This document shows positions 48,077 to 61,000 of a stretch of 64,000 nucleotides of DNA, one piece after another (position 1 is the first letter of the stretch; each line of letters opens with the position of its first letter). Made by a program: the position numbers and the translations under genes. The stretch is taken from assembly GCF_033153115.1 (NCBI RefSeq), contig NW_026889751.1, forward strand, positions 8,680,001 to 8,744,000, read 5' to 3'. A model generated the notes under the pieces. That model saw only the letters and a program-made list of their open reading frames with translations, made no database searches and was not told the DNA's origin. Source of the DNA: Saccostrea echinata (Eukaryota).

Positions 48077-51000
48077 ATGTCATCAAAAAAGCTGATAAAT
48101 TCGGTGGAAAGATGCGTTGACGAGGCATTAGAAGGGTTGGTATTCATAAACCCCGGTCTACAGATTTTGCAGGGACACAGAGTCGTGGTCCGCAGTGACG
48201 TAGAAGATGTCATCAAAGCTGGAAAAGTAACCCTCCTCTGTGGAGGAGGGTCTGGACATGAACCGGCACATGCAGGTTAATATTAAATATTTACAGGTCT
48301 CTTTTTTATGACTACTTCAATACTGATTTATTGGCTATTTTTTCAAAATTTGAGAGATTTTTTGCAGGACTTGGGCAAAAACTTTTAGACGAGACATGTT
48401 ATCTATGTTTCTGCTCTTAGCACAAACTCTGTTATCGTTTTAACATATCCACAACGTCAATTTTCAAGGGTACTTTGGGGTCCCTTTCTGCACCATTTAC
48501 ATAATACTACATTACTCTATATGTTATGTATTATGTCATTAAGAAGTTGGTCAACTAGACAAGGTTTATACCTGCTACAAAATTGATAAATATGGGAACA
48601 CTTAAGATAAATCTGCATTATAAGCTTGCCTACACATTAACAGTATAAGATTAAATCTATCAATTTGCAATCATTTTGGGGAAAAATCATATTAGATTTA
48701 GTAGTAAGATGGAAACATACTTCAATGGAAAAAATATCCTTTACAAATAGAGACCGTTTTCTATGAGATGATAAATGATTAAAGTTTGTAACAGTTCTGA
48801 TAATCATGTGTGTTAATTAGGCCTATTAAAAAGAAAAAATATAAATTTGCATGTTTTAGTAAATTTTTTAAGTATTCTTGCAATTTATTTTACATGTATT
48901 TTTTCATGTATCATTAAGTATGAAAGTTTAGTGGTTACTTGGCAATTAGTATAATTCATATTTTTAAAAAACATCACAGGCTACATTGGCTCTGGAATGC
49001 TGTCAGCAGCTGTAGCTGGGGCAGTGTTTACCTCCCCTCCTCCCAGCAGCATACTAGCAGCCCTCAGGTCTATCACTAGGGCAGGGGCAGGTATGTAAAA
49101 TATACTTAATTAATTAATACTTAATATCAAAAATTAACACAGTTTCACATACCCGGTATATAACATTTGAATTGTTTTTTTACAGCTTTATTTTCGTAGA
49201 GTTAGACCAATTTTAAAGCATGAAACTTGTTTTCATTGTATGCTAGAAATCATTTAAAAGGGCAATGTGAGTAATGAGCTGCTGTGTTAATTGTCATTGG
49301 AAGCTTTCTTGCAAAATGATCATGATAACTACACTAAGTTCCTATTTAAAATGCCACACTCTTTCTGATTTCACCAGATAATTTTTTTTAAAGTTGTCAG
49401 GAAATAAAGATTAAAATAAATACAGGAATTATCAAATTAAAATGAATACCAGAATTATCATGGTTATTATCAGCTATGACAAATAATAATACTTCTTCAC
49501 ATGAAGTCAAACATTACATGTAATATATGAAAATTTGTAAGGGTAGTGCTTGTCCAGCAAGAATTGATCAATCCATTTTTCAAAAGCTACATACATCCTA
49601 TCAGTTTCCAACTTTCCTTTTGGGTAGCTGGTTCTTTGATCATTGTGAAGAATTACACTGGGGACAGACTGAACTTTGGCCTGGCAGCAGAAAGGGCAAA
49701 GGCTGAGGGGTTAAAGGTCAACATGGTTGTTGTTGGAGAGGACTGTGCCCTTACATCTGCTGACAAAACTGCAGGCAGACGAGGACTTTGTGGCACAGTT
49801 TTTATTCATAAGGTATTGAATGTATATTTTAAAGAGAATGACAGAATTAATTCAAATGTATAGAATGTCAATGGATGTCAGAGATCTTTTCATAGAGATC
49901 TTGCTCAAGTTTATTCACAGGCAAAAACTAGAATGCTTTAATTTGCATCAGGACCAAAAAAATCTTTAAGGGAATTTCTTCCCACTGATTTGTTATTCAG
50001 TTTTTGAGGGATGTTTCATTTTCTCTCTTTTTTGTACATTTTAGATTTGTGGTGCATTAGCAGAAGAAGGAAAAAGCTTGGAAGAAATCCATCAGGTGGC
50101 TAGTAATGCTGCCAAAAATATGGGTCAGTTTACAGAAGACTTACAAAGATACATCACGATTTATTTTCATAATCTTTTTAGATACTTATAATCACACGGG
50201 AAATGAAAAATTACTTTTATAACATTGATACAGATATATTTTCATTAAAAAAAACTAGGTATAATTTAAAATAAGATTGTAGAACAAAAGAATGAAATAC
50301 AGCATACAAGGACAAAGATATTTGTCCCAATCTAAAGCTCTTGCTCTGCTAATTATATCTTTTATTTAGGCACCATCGGAGTTAGTTTGACTCCCTGCAG
50401 TCTTCCAGGGGCAGGGCCATCATTTGAACTGAAGAGTGATGAAATGGAGTTAGGGTTAGGTAAGCATTTCCTCTAGCATCTGCATGAGATTCATGTATGT
50501 TTTTCTGTTTGTAAATTCAGTTGTGAGTGAAATCTGTTATATTCCAAACTTGCATGACAGAGGACCCATTGTGAAAAACAGTAATGTTTGTATATAAAAT
50601 TGTACATGTTCAAGGAATAAGAATGGAAATACTGAGCAATATAACTCTGAATGATTCACACAGCACATATATGTAAATTACTGTTGTTTTTTCGTTCACA
50701 GGTATACATGGGGAAGCTGGTGTCAAAAGGACAAAAGTAATTATAATCTTCTATTTTACTTAATTTGCTTTAAAATAATTCAAGGACTCCAACATATTGA
50801 TATAAAAGCAACTTGATTTGATTTCGAGATACTTAAAGTCAAGTGTCCTTATATCTCTTATGAATTTCCGTCTCTGATGAAATATATAAGGAAGGGATGC
50901 CTCTAAGTACCACTGAGATGTATTTTTATGATGTATTTTTTTTTAAATCAGCTTGTATCAGCCAAAGAAGTTGTTACAATGATGCTGGATCACATGACAA

Positions 51001-54000
51001 ACCCCAAAACATCAACTCACATTAACCTAAAAAAAGGTAAGGGAGTAACCATTAGCAGCTAATGTTACAGATACCTATAGTGGTTTTCCCTATAGAATTT
51101 TTTTACCTGTAGAAACTATATCAAATGCTTCTTTTACAGGTGACAAAGTGGCATGTATGATTAACAATCTTGGTGGGACTTCAGTTTTAGAAATGAGCAT
51201 CATTGCCAGAGAGGCTATTCAGCAGTTAGGTACATGTAGGAATTTTAAGTATTTGTATATGAAAGAACAGCCAGTATTGACCATACAAATTACATTATTA
51301 AGAATTGTAGTTTTGAATTCATGAACAGCATTAAAATGAGCTTTTTATGATGTACAAATAGGTGGAGCTTCTCCCTTCTTTCTCATTTTGACCATACATT
51401 AAGGGAGAAAAAGTGTGAGGGCAACAACACACAGGAGAAAATGTGAAAAGATGAGAAACTGGGGGAAATATGAGGGTTGGAGAGTTAAAGTGGGAGGGAT
51501 TAAGACCACAAGGTTGATAACTCCATTTTAGGGACATGATAGAGAAAAATGCAAGAGTGGAGTTATGTGAAAGCAAGAATAACATCACCTTTGCAGTTAA
51601 GCTCTATTTTCCTTTTGTTGTTGCTCTAACCTTGTCTTGCTATCTTGTGTTTTTACCCTCACAGGCATGTAGCTGCCTATACGCAAGTGCGTACACATCA
51701 TTTTCAGAAAAAAGGGGGAAAAAGATAAGAAAAAAAAAGAAGAGAGAATTATTCGGAGAAAAAAATTTCAGTACCATCCAACAAATATTCGTGTTTCAAT
51801 TTATTCTGTGTCATACTGTGTCGATTTAAATTTTCAATTATCATGGCTGTATGATAAAATTTGAAATCTTTTATTTAATAACTGCCAAATCCAAATAAAT
51901 CATTCATTATTTTGTCATTGTTCTATCATACATTGATATTTTTTTTTAAGATCTTTGAAAAATTAAATTTCAGCCACATCGTTGAATGCTATGATCTACT
52001 AGTATGATTTACAATACGATATTTTTTTTGTTCATAATTAAAATTTTGTATACGTGTTTTTATACATTAAGAATGATTATATGATACCAATTAATATATC
52101 GGTTAAATTTTTAGCCTCAATTATATGTACAATAAGTTTCCATGGAATATTAATTTTCGTTAAAACAATAAATATTACTCTGTCTTTTATTTCCTAAACA
52201 AAAACTAAATGGCATAATTTTTATATTTAAAGAAAATGAATGAAATATTTGGTAAAACTCCGGAGCTTCTTGGCCCTCACCAGCAGGCACGTAGTGTAAG
52301 GGGAGCCTCCCCCTACTTATTCCCAAAACCTAACCTTTTACTATTGAAAATGTACATTGAAAGGGTGGACCCCCACTGTTTGTTGCACCATTGTTAAATC
52401 ATGGTAATTTGGTAATGTATTAATAAAAATTTGGATTATGAAAGATGGACACCCCCCCCCCCCCCTTCAAGAAACACACACAAGAAATAGGACTTCGAAT
52501 TTTGACAATCTTCCTTTTTCGTCCTTGCTTGACAAAATTTTTAAAGTTGTAATTTTTTTCCTGGCTGGCAAAAACTATATTACATGTCTGACCAGAGCCC
52601 TAAAACACTGGTGGGGGGGGGGGCCTCAAGACCCCCAACCCCCTGCCGTTCTCTGCGTACACATCAATTCTATTCTGCCTCAGTCTCTCACCCTAAACTC
52701 AAGGGGGAGGGGGGTGAATTAGCCTTCATAGAAAAAATGAGATTGTAAATCAATCTAGGAATAAATGTAAGTTGTGAAGAAAGAAGATTTTTCAAATTGA
52801 TTGAAATAGTCAGACTTGGTTTTAACATAGAAAGCATTTACTTACTCGAGATCAAAATATTCCACAGAGAGTAGAGGTGTAGCAGTGGAGCGGGCTTACT
52901 GTGGATCCTTGATGACATCACTAGAAATGGCAGGGGTTTCAATTACATTGTTACATCTGGATGACACAATCAGGCGCTGCTTGGGTATCAGAATAATTAC
53001 ATTGTTAAATAGAAATCTTTATTTTCTGGACTTTATGCAAAAAATACTGGTTTTCCTTTGCTACACAGTGGAGGTCTCTTTTAATTAGATGCCAAAACCA
53101 CAGCTCCCGGCTGGCCGGTGCCAATGTTGCCTGTGGGAAAATCAACACGCGAGAATCCTGCAGTAATGCCTTACAACCAGAAAGATGAGGCTGTGAAGTC
53201 TAGTAATGCTGTCAGTGTACCCAAAGGTAGAGCTTCTAGTAGTTACTACTCAGTTTTTCAAATTGTGTGATATGTGAACTACTGTAGATTCCCTATTTTA
53301 TGCGGGTACTTAATATCTCGAAATAGCCCTTAAACGTCAAATCGCGAGAACAATAATTCGCGAATGGATGGTTGATCAACTGATTTTACATGGATTTCAG
53401 CACAATAAAAATAAAAACGAGTAATTTTATTTCGCGAGAGATCCTTCTTGCGTAATTACGCGATAATTAATTCCTCGCGAATATTTAGGAATCTACAGTA
53501 TGTATGAGTAAGTACATGTATGTCTAAATATTATATCTTCAGAGACAGCTGACATGCTGTATGACATGTTAAGAAAGTCCATGGAAAAACTGATATCCTC
53601 AGAGGAGGAACTCAACAACCTGGACAAGGAGAGTGGGGATGGGGATTGTGGGTCAACACTGGCCAGGGGGGCCAAAGGTGAGACATTTTAAAGAGTCAGA
53701 GGAAGGGAGGGGGGGCATGGTACAAGTTGTGTTATTGGTCAGACATGTAAAAAGCACAAGAGAAGAAATAATTTGGATTCAGGTAAATCATGAAGGTAGC
53801 AGTTTTTTATGGAATGAAAGATAAACAGTGAATTCTAGAATAGACTTCAATATATATTGAAGTTGAAAGGGGAATTGATGATAATGTTGGGATCATTGAT
53901 TCATTTCTATATATAGCTATGGTGTTTTAAATATCAGTGTTAGAGATATTGAAGCTGAACTGTATTTGACAAGATAATTACTCAACCATTGAATAGACTT

Positions 54001-55630
54001 TTTACAATCACATTGATTGTCTTGTTCAGGTTTATATAAACTATGATCACCTTTTCTTTATATAGTTAAGATTTTGTTTCATAGAAGAAGGTAAAGTAAT
54101 GCATCTGCAATATTTATGTTTTTTTTCCAGGTGTTTTACAAAATCTGGGACCAAAGAATAATCCAAGTCTCCCTGTACAAATCCCAGCAGACCTTGCCTT
54201 GTCTCTGGCTAAGATTGTCGAGAACTCCATGGGTGGATCCTCAGGGGCGGTATAGAGTTTGTTTCAAGTTCACATTTGCATGACCTTAAAAATAATTATA
54301 TTTTTATTTTTTTTCAATTTGCACTTAATATTTTTACAGCTTTACAGTTTATTCTTGACATCTGCTTCACTCTGTCTCCAATCTTCTGTAACCCCTAAGG
54401 ACTGGGTCTGTGCTTTAACTAACGGGAACAACACAGTCATGAAGTAGGTATATTGGAAGCAGTGTTTTCTAAATGCTTGCTAATTTAACACATTGATATA
54501 CTGTAAATCACTTTTTTATTTGTCAGAACTTTATTTTCGTGTAATTATGCGTGTCTGCTCGGGAAAGTTTCATTCTCGCATAAATTTGTATTGTTAAGGA
54601 TTATATACAACACTAACCATTGCTCACAAAAATAAGGTGTCGCAAAAATATAGTGATCCACAGTATTCCCAATTTGCACTGCATGTAGATTACACAGTGT
54701 ATAAAAACTGGGAATGCAACATTAGGGTTATTACTCATGGTTAGTATGATAGTTTTTATTACCTTAATCATTAATTAATTATAATTACAGGTACGGAGGA
54801 GCTGAGCCAGGAGATAGAACAATGGTGAGGAGAAAGCAGAGTTTCTTAATTACTTAAAATATTTATATATCTGTGTGTCTTGAGTAGCAAAGAGATTTAT
54901 CCGTATATATATATATATTCTAAGGTGGACTCATTAGTAGCTGCTGGCACTACACTGTCAGAGAAAATATTATCGTCCACACCTGTTCAAGCTTTAGAGG
55001 CAGCAGTACAGGTAAGCAAAATTTACAGGCCCTTAAACCACAATGCTCACCAAAGCTTGTGTTTTTAATTAATTTAAAAACTAAAAAGTAACTCTTAGGT
55101 TTGGGCCTGCTGTATAAGGGATTTTTTGTTTGAAAATATGTCTGGAAAAATATGACACAGGTGAATTTTCTTTCCAAGGGACTTTTACTTTCTACTGGTA
55201 TCTATGTCACAAGTTACAAGAAACATGGTTGCATGCTTTATTTCCATCCAAAACTACCTTGAACAGTTTGATGCATTTTTGAAAAAGAGACATCCACAGC
55301 ATACAATCATGAAAAATATTATCTATATCTGAGATGGAGTTGATTTTGGCCCATATTGCCCCATGCGTTGTGGTAGTTGTACATTTTTAAAAAAAAATGA
55401 TATAGATAAAAAGACTTTTTTTTTAATGTTTTTTTCATTGAATACATATTGAATTTTTTTTTATAATGCTACAGGCAGCAGAAAAAGCCACCCAGGCCAC
55501 TGCTGAAATGAAAGCCAAGGCCGGAAGGGCAAGCTATGTGAGTGCAGAAAGGTTAAGGAGTCCAGACCCAGGGGCTGTTTCTGTTACTTATTGGATGAAA
55601 GCAGTGTTAGAGGTCCTCAAAACAGCATAA
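48077..55630 (+). CDS. TKFC: Triokinase/FMN cyclase (dihydroxyacetone kinase) paralog 1, 587 aa. Exons: 48077-48275, 48980-49090, 49628-49812, 50045-50123, 50370-50459, 50702-50736, 50952-51036, 51140-51229, 52868-52984, 53089-53226, 53543-53677, 54131-54249, 54340-54443, 54791-54824, 54925-55011, 55475-55630
   Basis: Dak1 motifs [31 protein letters not shown] and ELGLGIHGEAG; Dak2 motifs GDGDCG, MGGSSG, GDRTMVD, GRASY and PDPGA. Exons sum to 1764 nt, in frame. Confidence 0.95.
52285..52720. mobile_element. G/C-run-rich degenerate repeat fragment in TKFC-1 intron 8; related fragment at ~57352-57680
   Basis: Both share G(C/T)ACGTAGT...GGGG and AAAATG...CATTGAAAGG.TGG.CCCCC. Boundaries are approximate. 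Confidence 0.35.
53282..53498. mobile_element. TA-flanked MITE (Tc1/mariner-type target site)
   Basis: TA|CTGTAGATTCC ... GGAATCTACAG|TA. Confidence 0.8.
54501..54663. mobile_element. TA-flanked MITE related to 53282-53498
   Basis: TA|CTGTAAATCACT ... AGTGATCCACAG|TA, imperfect TIR. Confidence 0.6.
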
Positions 55631-55773
55631 AACACAGATAAAGAGGTCCTCAAAGCAGCATAAAACACAGATAAAGAGGTCCTCAAAACAGCATAAAACA
55701 CAGATAAAGAGGTCCTCAAAACAGCATAAAACACATATAAAGAGGTCCTCAAAACAGCACAAAACACAGAGAA
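55609..55773 (+). repeat. 33-bp minisatellite, 5 copies, overlapping the TKFC-1 stop codon
   Basis: Unit AGAGGTCCTCAAAACAGCATAAAACACAGATAA; period 33. Confidence 0.95.
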
Positions 55774-55879
55774 ATTACAATCTGATCCATATGGCTTTTA
55801 ATCCTGGACTACCAAATAGTGCATTTTATCCTAGGAAGATTCCATACTAAATTATTTTGACTTTTAAGCTTTGTTTTTT

Positions 55880-55885
55880 AATAAA
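55880..55885 (+). terminator. Candidate polyadenylation signal of TKFC-1
   Basis: AATAAA 250 nt after the stop; the AT-rich background lowers specificity. Confidence 0.4.
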
Positions 55886-56288
55886 ATGGATCGTTGAATT
55901 CCATATTGTACTTGAATTACAGTCAAGTTTATAATTTTGAGAATTTTAACTGTAAATTCGGAATTTTTTTTAGGTGCTTGGGTAAGTTCAAGATATTAAT
56001 TTTGGTGTAAATTATACCTAGAATATACAGGATTATTATGATTACTGTTGAATGGCATTTGATTTACTAAGTACATTTGTATGATAAAATATTAATGTAC
56101 AAATTATTGATTTATATTGATTATATGATATTAAATACCGGTATGTCCGTGTTTCAAGATTTGCCATGCGCACAGGACATTGTTTTATATATATGAGGGT
56201 AAAAAACCCTGTGATATTTTCAGTGATGGCAAATTATTAAATCTATATTTATAACTTAAATTATTTGTTTTTCTCAATGTACAAGGCA

Positions 56289-56464
56289 CATTCAAACCTC
56301 GTTATATCGAACTTGGTGGGACCAAGAAAAAACTTCGAGATATCCGAAGGTTCGAGATATTGAGGGTAAAATACTTAGAGAAAAATTGCTTAGGGACTTC
56401 CAGATCATTTCGACATATCCATGGTATTCGAGATATCCGTGTCCGAGATACCAAAGTTCAGCTG
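56289..56464. mobile_element. Short pogo/Tigger-like MITE
   Basis: CATTCAAACCTCGTTATATCGAAC ... GTCCGAGATACCAAAGTTCAGCTG|TA, with internal TTCGAGATATC repeats. Confidence 0.6.
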
Positions 56465-57116
56465 TATTTGTTTGAGACACATGTAAAAAGATGTAGAGTG
56501 TCAGTGCTTAAAATTCTCGTAGGGAATTCTAGAAACCAAGTTAGATGAAGTAATTATCCATTAGTTGTATTTTATCAAAATCTGCTATTTTTGCCCCGTA
56601 CAAGTCAGAAAAATCTCAATCTTAAGGTAAGAGTACTTTTGATGTATCAAGGCTTCTCTGCAAAATTTAAAGAAAAAAATATATGACGGAAAATTGTCCT
56701 ACTTTTGTCAACAAATCGGATTATTTCTGAAAAAGCTATTATTTTGTCCCCCACATAAAAACTTGTTTTTCATTTATTTTCATTTATATCATTCTTTTTC
56801 TTCATAAATACATGTTCATGCAAACCGTAGTTGAAATATATAAGAATATTAAGAAATAGGACAATACTACAGCCAAAGAGTTGTTTTTCTTTGAATGATA
56901 CGAAACCTAGACTGGGTACGTTTATGTTGATTTACCAAATTGTAAACACATTTTTTTTTTTTTTTACAAAAAGCATGTCTATAAGCCGGGGGAACAAATA
57001 ATGGCCTTCCTTCCTATCGGAAAATCATTAAAGCAAAATTTTTATTTGAGTAAACAGTTGTATAATGAACCTTAAAATGATCTTAAAGAGGTGTCCTTTT
57101 ATCATGCTGTAATGTT

Positions 57117-57195
57117 TTTACTAAGTGGAAGTAAATGCAAATTGTACAACACGATACATATGTTGTCAATTTTGCATTTACTTCCACCTAGTAAA
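57117..57195. repeat. Near-perfect inverted repeat (~35-bp arms, ~9-nt loop)
   Basis: TTTACTAAGTGGAAGTAAATGCAAATTGTACAACA pairs with TGTTGTCAATTTTGCATTTACTTCCACCTAGTAAA. Confidence 0.85.
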
Positions 57196-58083
57196 TTCAA
57201 AATCTACAACATATGATACTCCTATGTAACTACATTGTAATGGTGAACACTAAAAATAGTACTGAAAATATACATATAGAGTATTTCAATGAAATATTAC
57301 ATTATTTATATAATAGCAAGATATGAAAGATAATTTCAGCATATGTATATAGGTACGTAGTAATGGGGGAGGAGATGCTTCCTCCTACCTTTTTTCCAAA
57401 TATGACCTATTGTTGAAAATGGTCATTGAAAGGTTGGTCCCCCCCCCCCCCCGCCCTCTACCCCATTTTTTGTGGGACTTAATTTGATAAATCAATATTT
57501 TAATTTTGTTCTTGTCAGTTCCATTGTATTATCTGTGTATAAAGTAATTAATAATGACAAAAAAAATATTATCAAACTTTTAGTTTCAGGGGCCTGAAAG
57601 TTGTCCTCCAACTCCCCTCATACTTGCACATACGCATAACCGTAGTATATTATTATAAAGCCTAGATCCGCCCTTGGGAAAGTTTTGGTACGAAGACCAG
57701 TAATGCACGGATCCAGGAATTTACCGGGGTCAAGAGGAACGCACACCCACTTGAAAAAAATCGTACTCATATTTTTTTTTTTGGACAGCCCCCCCCCCCC
57801 CCCCAGGAAACAGCTGTCCACACCCGATCGAAAAAGCTATTTCGAGTGAAAGGGGGGGGGCTGTAGGTCCGCGCATGTCATATTAATACGTACTGTGTGA
57901 GAACTGAATTGTAGTTGTGAAATCTGTACAGAAAAAATATTGGAAAAGCGCATTTCATTAGGTAAGATACCATATCAGACAACCTCTTTTCAATTTTTGA
58001 CAAATTGGAGAATTTATGTATTTATCGGCTATCGTACAAAGCTGAATGATAAATACGATCGTCAAATATAGTATTATGTAGAG

Positions 58084-61000
58084 ATGACCACAAAAAAGTT
58101 AATAAACTCTGTGGACGGTTGTGTAGACGACGCTCTCCGGGGACTGGTCAGTGTCCATTCCTCCCTTCGTATTTTGCAGGGACACAAAATCGTCGTCAGA
58201 GAAGATGTTGAGGAGGTGATAAAAGCGGGAAAAGTCACGCTGCTGTGTGGTGGAGGGTCAGGGCACGAACCAGCGCAGGCAGGTAAATATGGAGGGCCAC
58301 TCTGATAAACGCAAAAGCTTTCTGATAACGAAGAAATATTTATCTGTCTTGATTTTGAAATTCTGTCATGCAATAAGCCTCACTCTATGCCTTCATTTAA
58401 GGAATACATGTGTGACCTGTATGCGATCTACTCTTTTACACTGGGAATTCAGTTTTTTGTACTCACTAGGTTATGTCGGACGCGGTATGTTGACTGCGGC
58501 CGTTGCTGGAGCAGTTTTCGCTTCTCCTCCACCGAGCAGTATCCTCACAGCCCTCAGATACGTCACCAAACACAATTCTGGTGAGTCCTACAATTAGTTA
58601 CGCATTCATGGATTAAAAACATGACTTTGTACTGTCTGAATAATATATCTACATTAGACAAACCTTTGTTAATAAAAAGAAAAATCTGGGTTATACCTTG
58701 ATAACCACACTGGATGTCGTGTGACCTCCCATTATTTTCTTTCTGCATTCCTTTTTTGGTTTTCATTACGTCAGAAAGCCTGACTTTGTATATATTGATT
58801 AGGTAAAGATGTAGGCTAGAGCAGGCACGTAGGGTCCTTTTTTGAAAGAGAGAGGAAGAAAAAAAGACAACTACATTACCAATATACCCTGGTTTGACTA
58901 TACTGCAACAAATTATCACGAGCTCCCATGTCAGTTATCACCTGATACACATCAAATCTAAAAAAGACTATTTCATACATACATGTATACAAAGAAACCG
59001 CATTTAATTATTTATCACATTTTTAGCCGGTTGTGTCGTTGTAATCACCAATTATACCGGGGATCGTCTAAACTTCGGATTGGCGATAGAATGCGCAAAG
59101 AGGGAAGGACTAAATGTGGACTCGATAACCATTGGCGAGGACTGTGCTCTGACGTCATCAGACAGATCAGCAGGGCGAAGAGGGTTGGCGGGAACTGTTC
59201 TCCTAAATAAGGTAAACTATTAGCTTTATTCCTTACTTAAACTAAAATACTCTTAACATAAAAGTAACATGATTTTAATGTAGATATGCGGTGCGTTAGC
59301 GGAGGAAGGGAAAAGTTTAGAAGAAATAGTTGAAGTTGGAAAACATGTCACTGCAAACATGGGTAAATATCATTCAGTTGATATCATAGTTCGATGTTGG
59401 TACTCGAAAATTCCAGCTAATTTTTCTGTGTTTGAATAGTTTCCCAACTATAACAACTAGCAGCTTTACTCAAATTGTTTTCAAGGAACGATGGGTGTAA
59501 GTCTGACATCATGCAGTGTCCCCGGTTCTGGACCAACTTTTAGTCTTGGCGAGGATGAAATGGAACTTGGTTTAGGTATATCAATGAAAGAAGCATCTAT
59601 TAAAAAAAGAAACCAGCAAGAAAACATTTTTCATTTCCTTTGCATTGCAATTCTTTCTAGTTATAGAATTTTTTTCGTACCTCAGGTTTACATGGTGAGG
59701 CAGGTGTTAAAAGAACGAAGGTAAGAACGTTGATTTCATTTACTAGATTTAGTTAAAAAGGCAAAAGGATTTAAAATGCTTCACGAAAGGATAACTCGGA
59801 CGAAGGCTACGTTTTGATAAAATTTTGCGCCTTACATTCACAGCAGTAAAATGAAACCACAAAAATGTATTAAAAAACAAATAAAGATGGTTATTTAATG
59901 GCAAAAAAGCGTTATGGAATTTTGAATTAATAAAAGAAATTAAATTTTAGATTAAACCAGCTAATGAAGTCGTAAAGATGATTCTTGACCACATGACCAA
60001 CACCAGTACTACAACACATATCAAGCTAAAAGCGGGTATAGTTTAGATTTAGTATACTGTAGTTTGGTGTATAGAGGATCTATGATTTGGAATTTCAAAA
60101 GAATTTCAACGAATAAATGTACATGTAGCTTCTAATATTTTGTTAGAAATAAATATACTTATACATGTTTGAATATTTCCGATTTTCAGTGGTTTGTAAT
60201 AAATAAGCTATAAATCAAAGTTCAAATTTGGTTATTTTTGGAATATGATGCTACTGTAGGGGACAAGGTGGCCTGTATGGTAAATAACTTGGGAGGAATG
60301 TCGCTGCTGGAAATCAACATAATAGTCGGGGAAGTCATCAAGCAATTAGGTACCGACCTTTAAAAAAAACTTTCCCCCAACATAGTACCAAAAAATCTAA
60401 ATTTTTAAATCTTGGTAACAAACAATGACTAATTTCCCACTCTGTTTCCGTGCAGAGGAGAGGGGCGTGGTTGTGGAGAGAGCATATTGCGGTTCGTTTA
60501 TGACGTCATTAGAAATGGCCGGACTGTCTGTCACTATTCTTCATCTGGATAAAACAATCAAACGCTGCCTAGGTATGTCCGTCCAAAACGAAGAATTGTA
60601 AAATATCCATGTATCTTAATTGTTTTCCCAGTAATTTTTTTTATTTATTTCAATGAAGATAAAGTGAGTGAAGGGTAATAATGGAATAAATTTTGTTAAA
60701 TATTTTACGTATAAAACGGAGGTTTATGCTTTTTTTATTATTGTGTACCATTGCTGTTAATTAGGTGATTGTTTAAAAAAGTAATTCAGTAGAAATTCAA
60801 AAAACACGAAAGAAAATTTTGACTTCTGAAATAATTTTTTAAAGATGCCAAGGCAACTGTTCCGGGCTGGTCCAGTCCTATTATATCACGTGATAGTTCT
60901 GTGAGAAAAACACCACTGTTTATACCGATTGAAGAAGAAGAAAACCATGTGAAAACTGGCAATTCTGTTCGTACATCTAAAGGTATTTTATTTACAATGT

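Noticed and set aside
44222-48077. Functional link between the VWD gene and the TKFC pair
   Set aside because: Adjacency alone is not evidence in an animal genome; the VWD gene has its own stop codon and polyadenylation signal.
55609-55773. 33-bp repeats as a CRISPR array
   Set aside because: No spacers; it is a simple tandem duplication of the TKFC-1 stop region.
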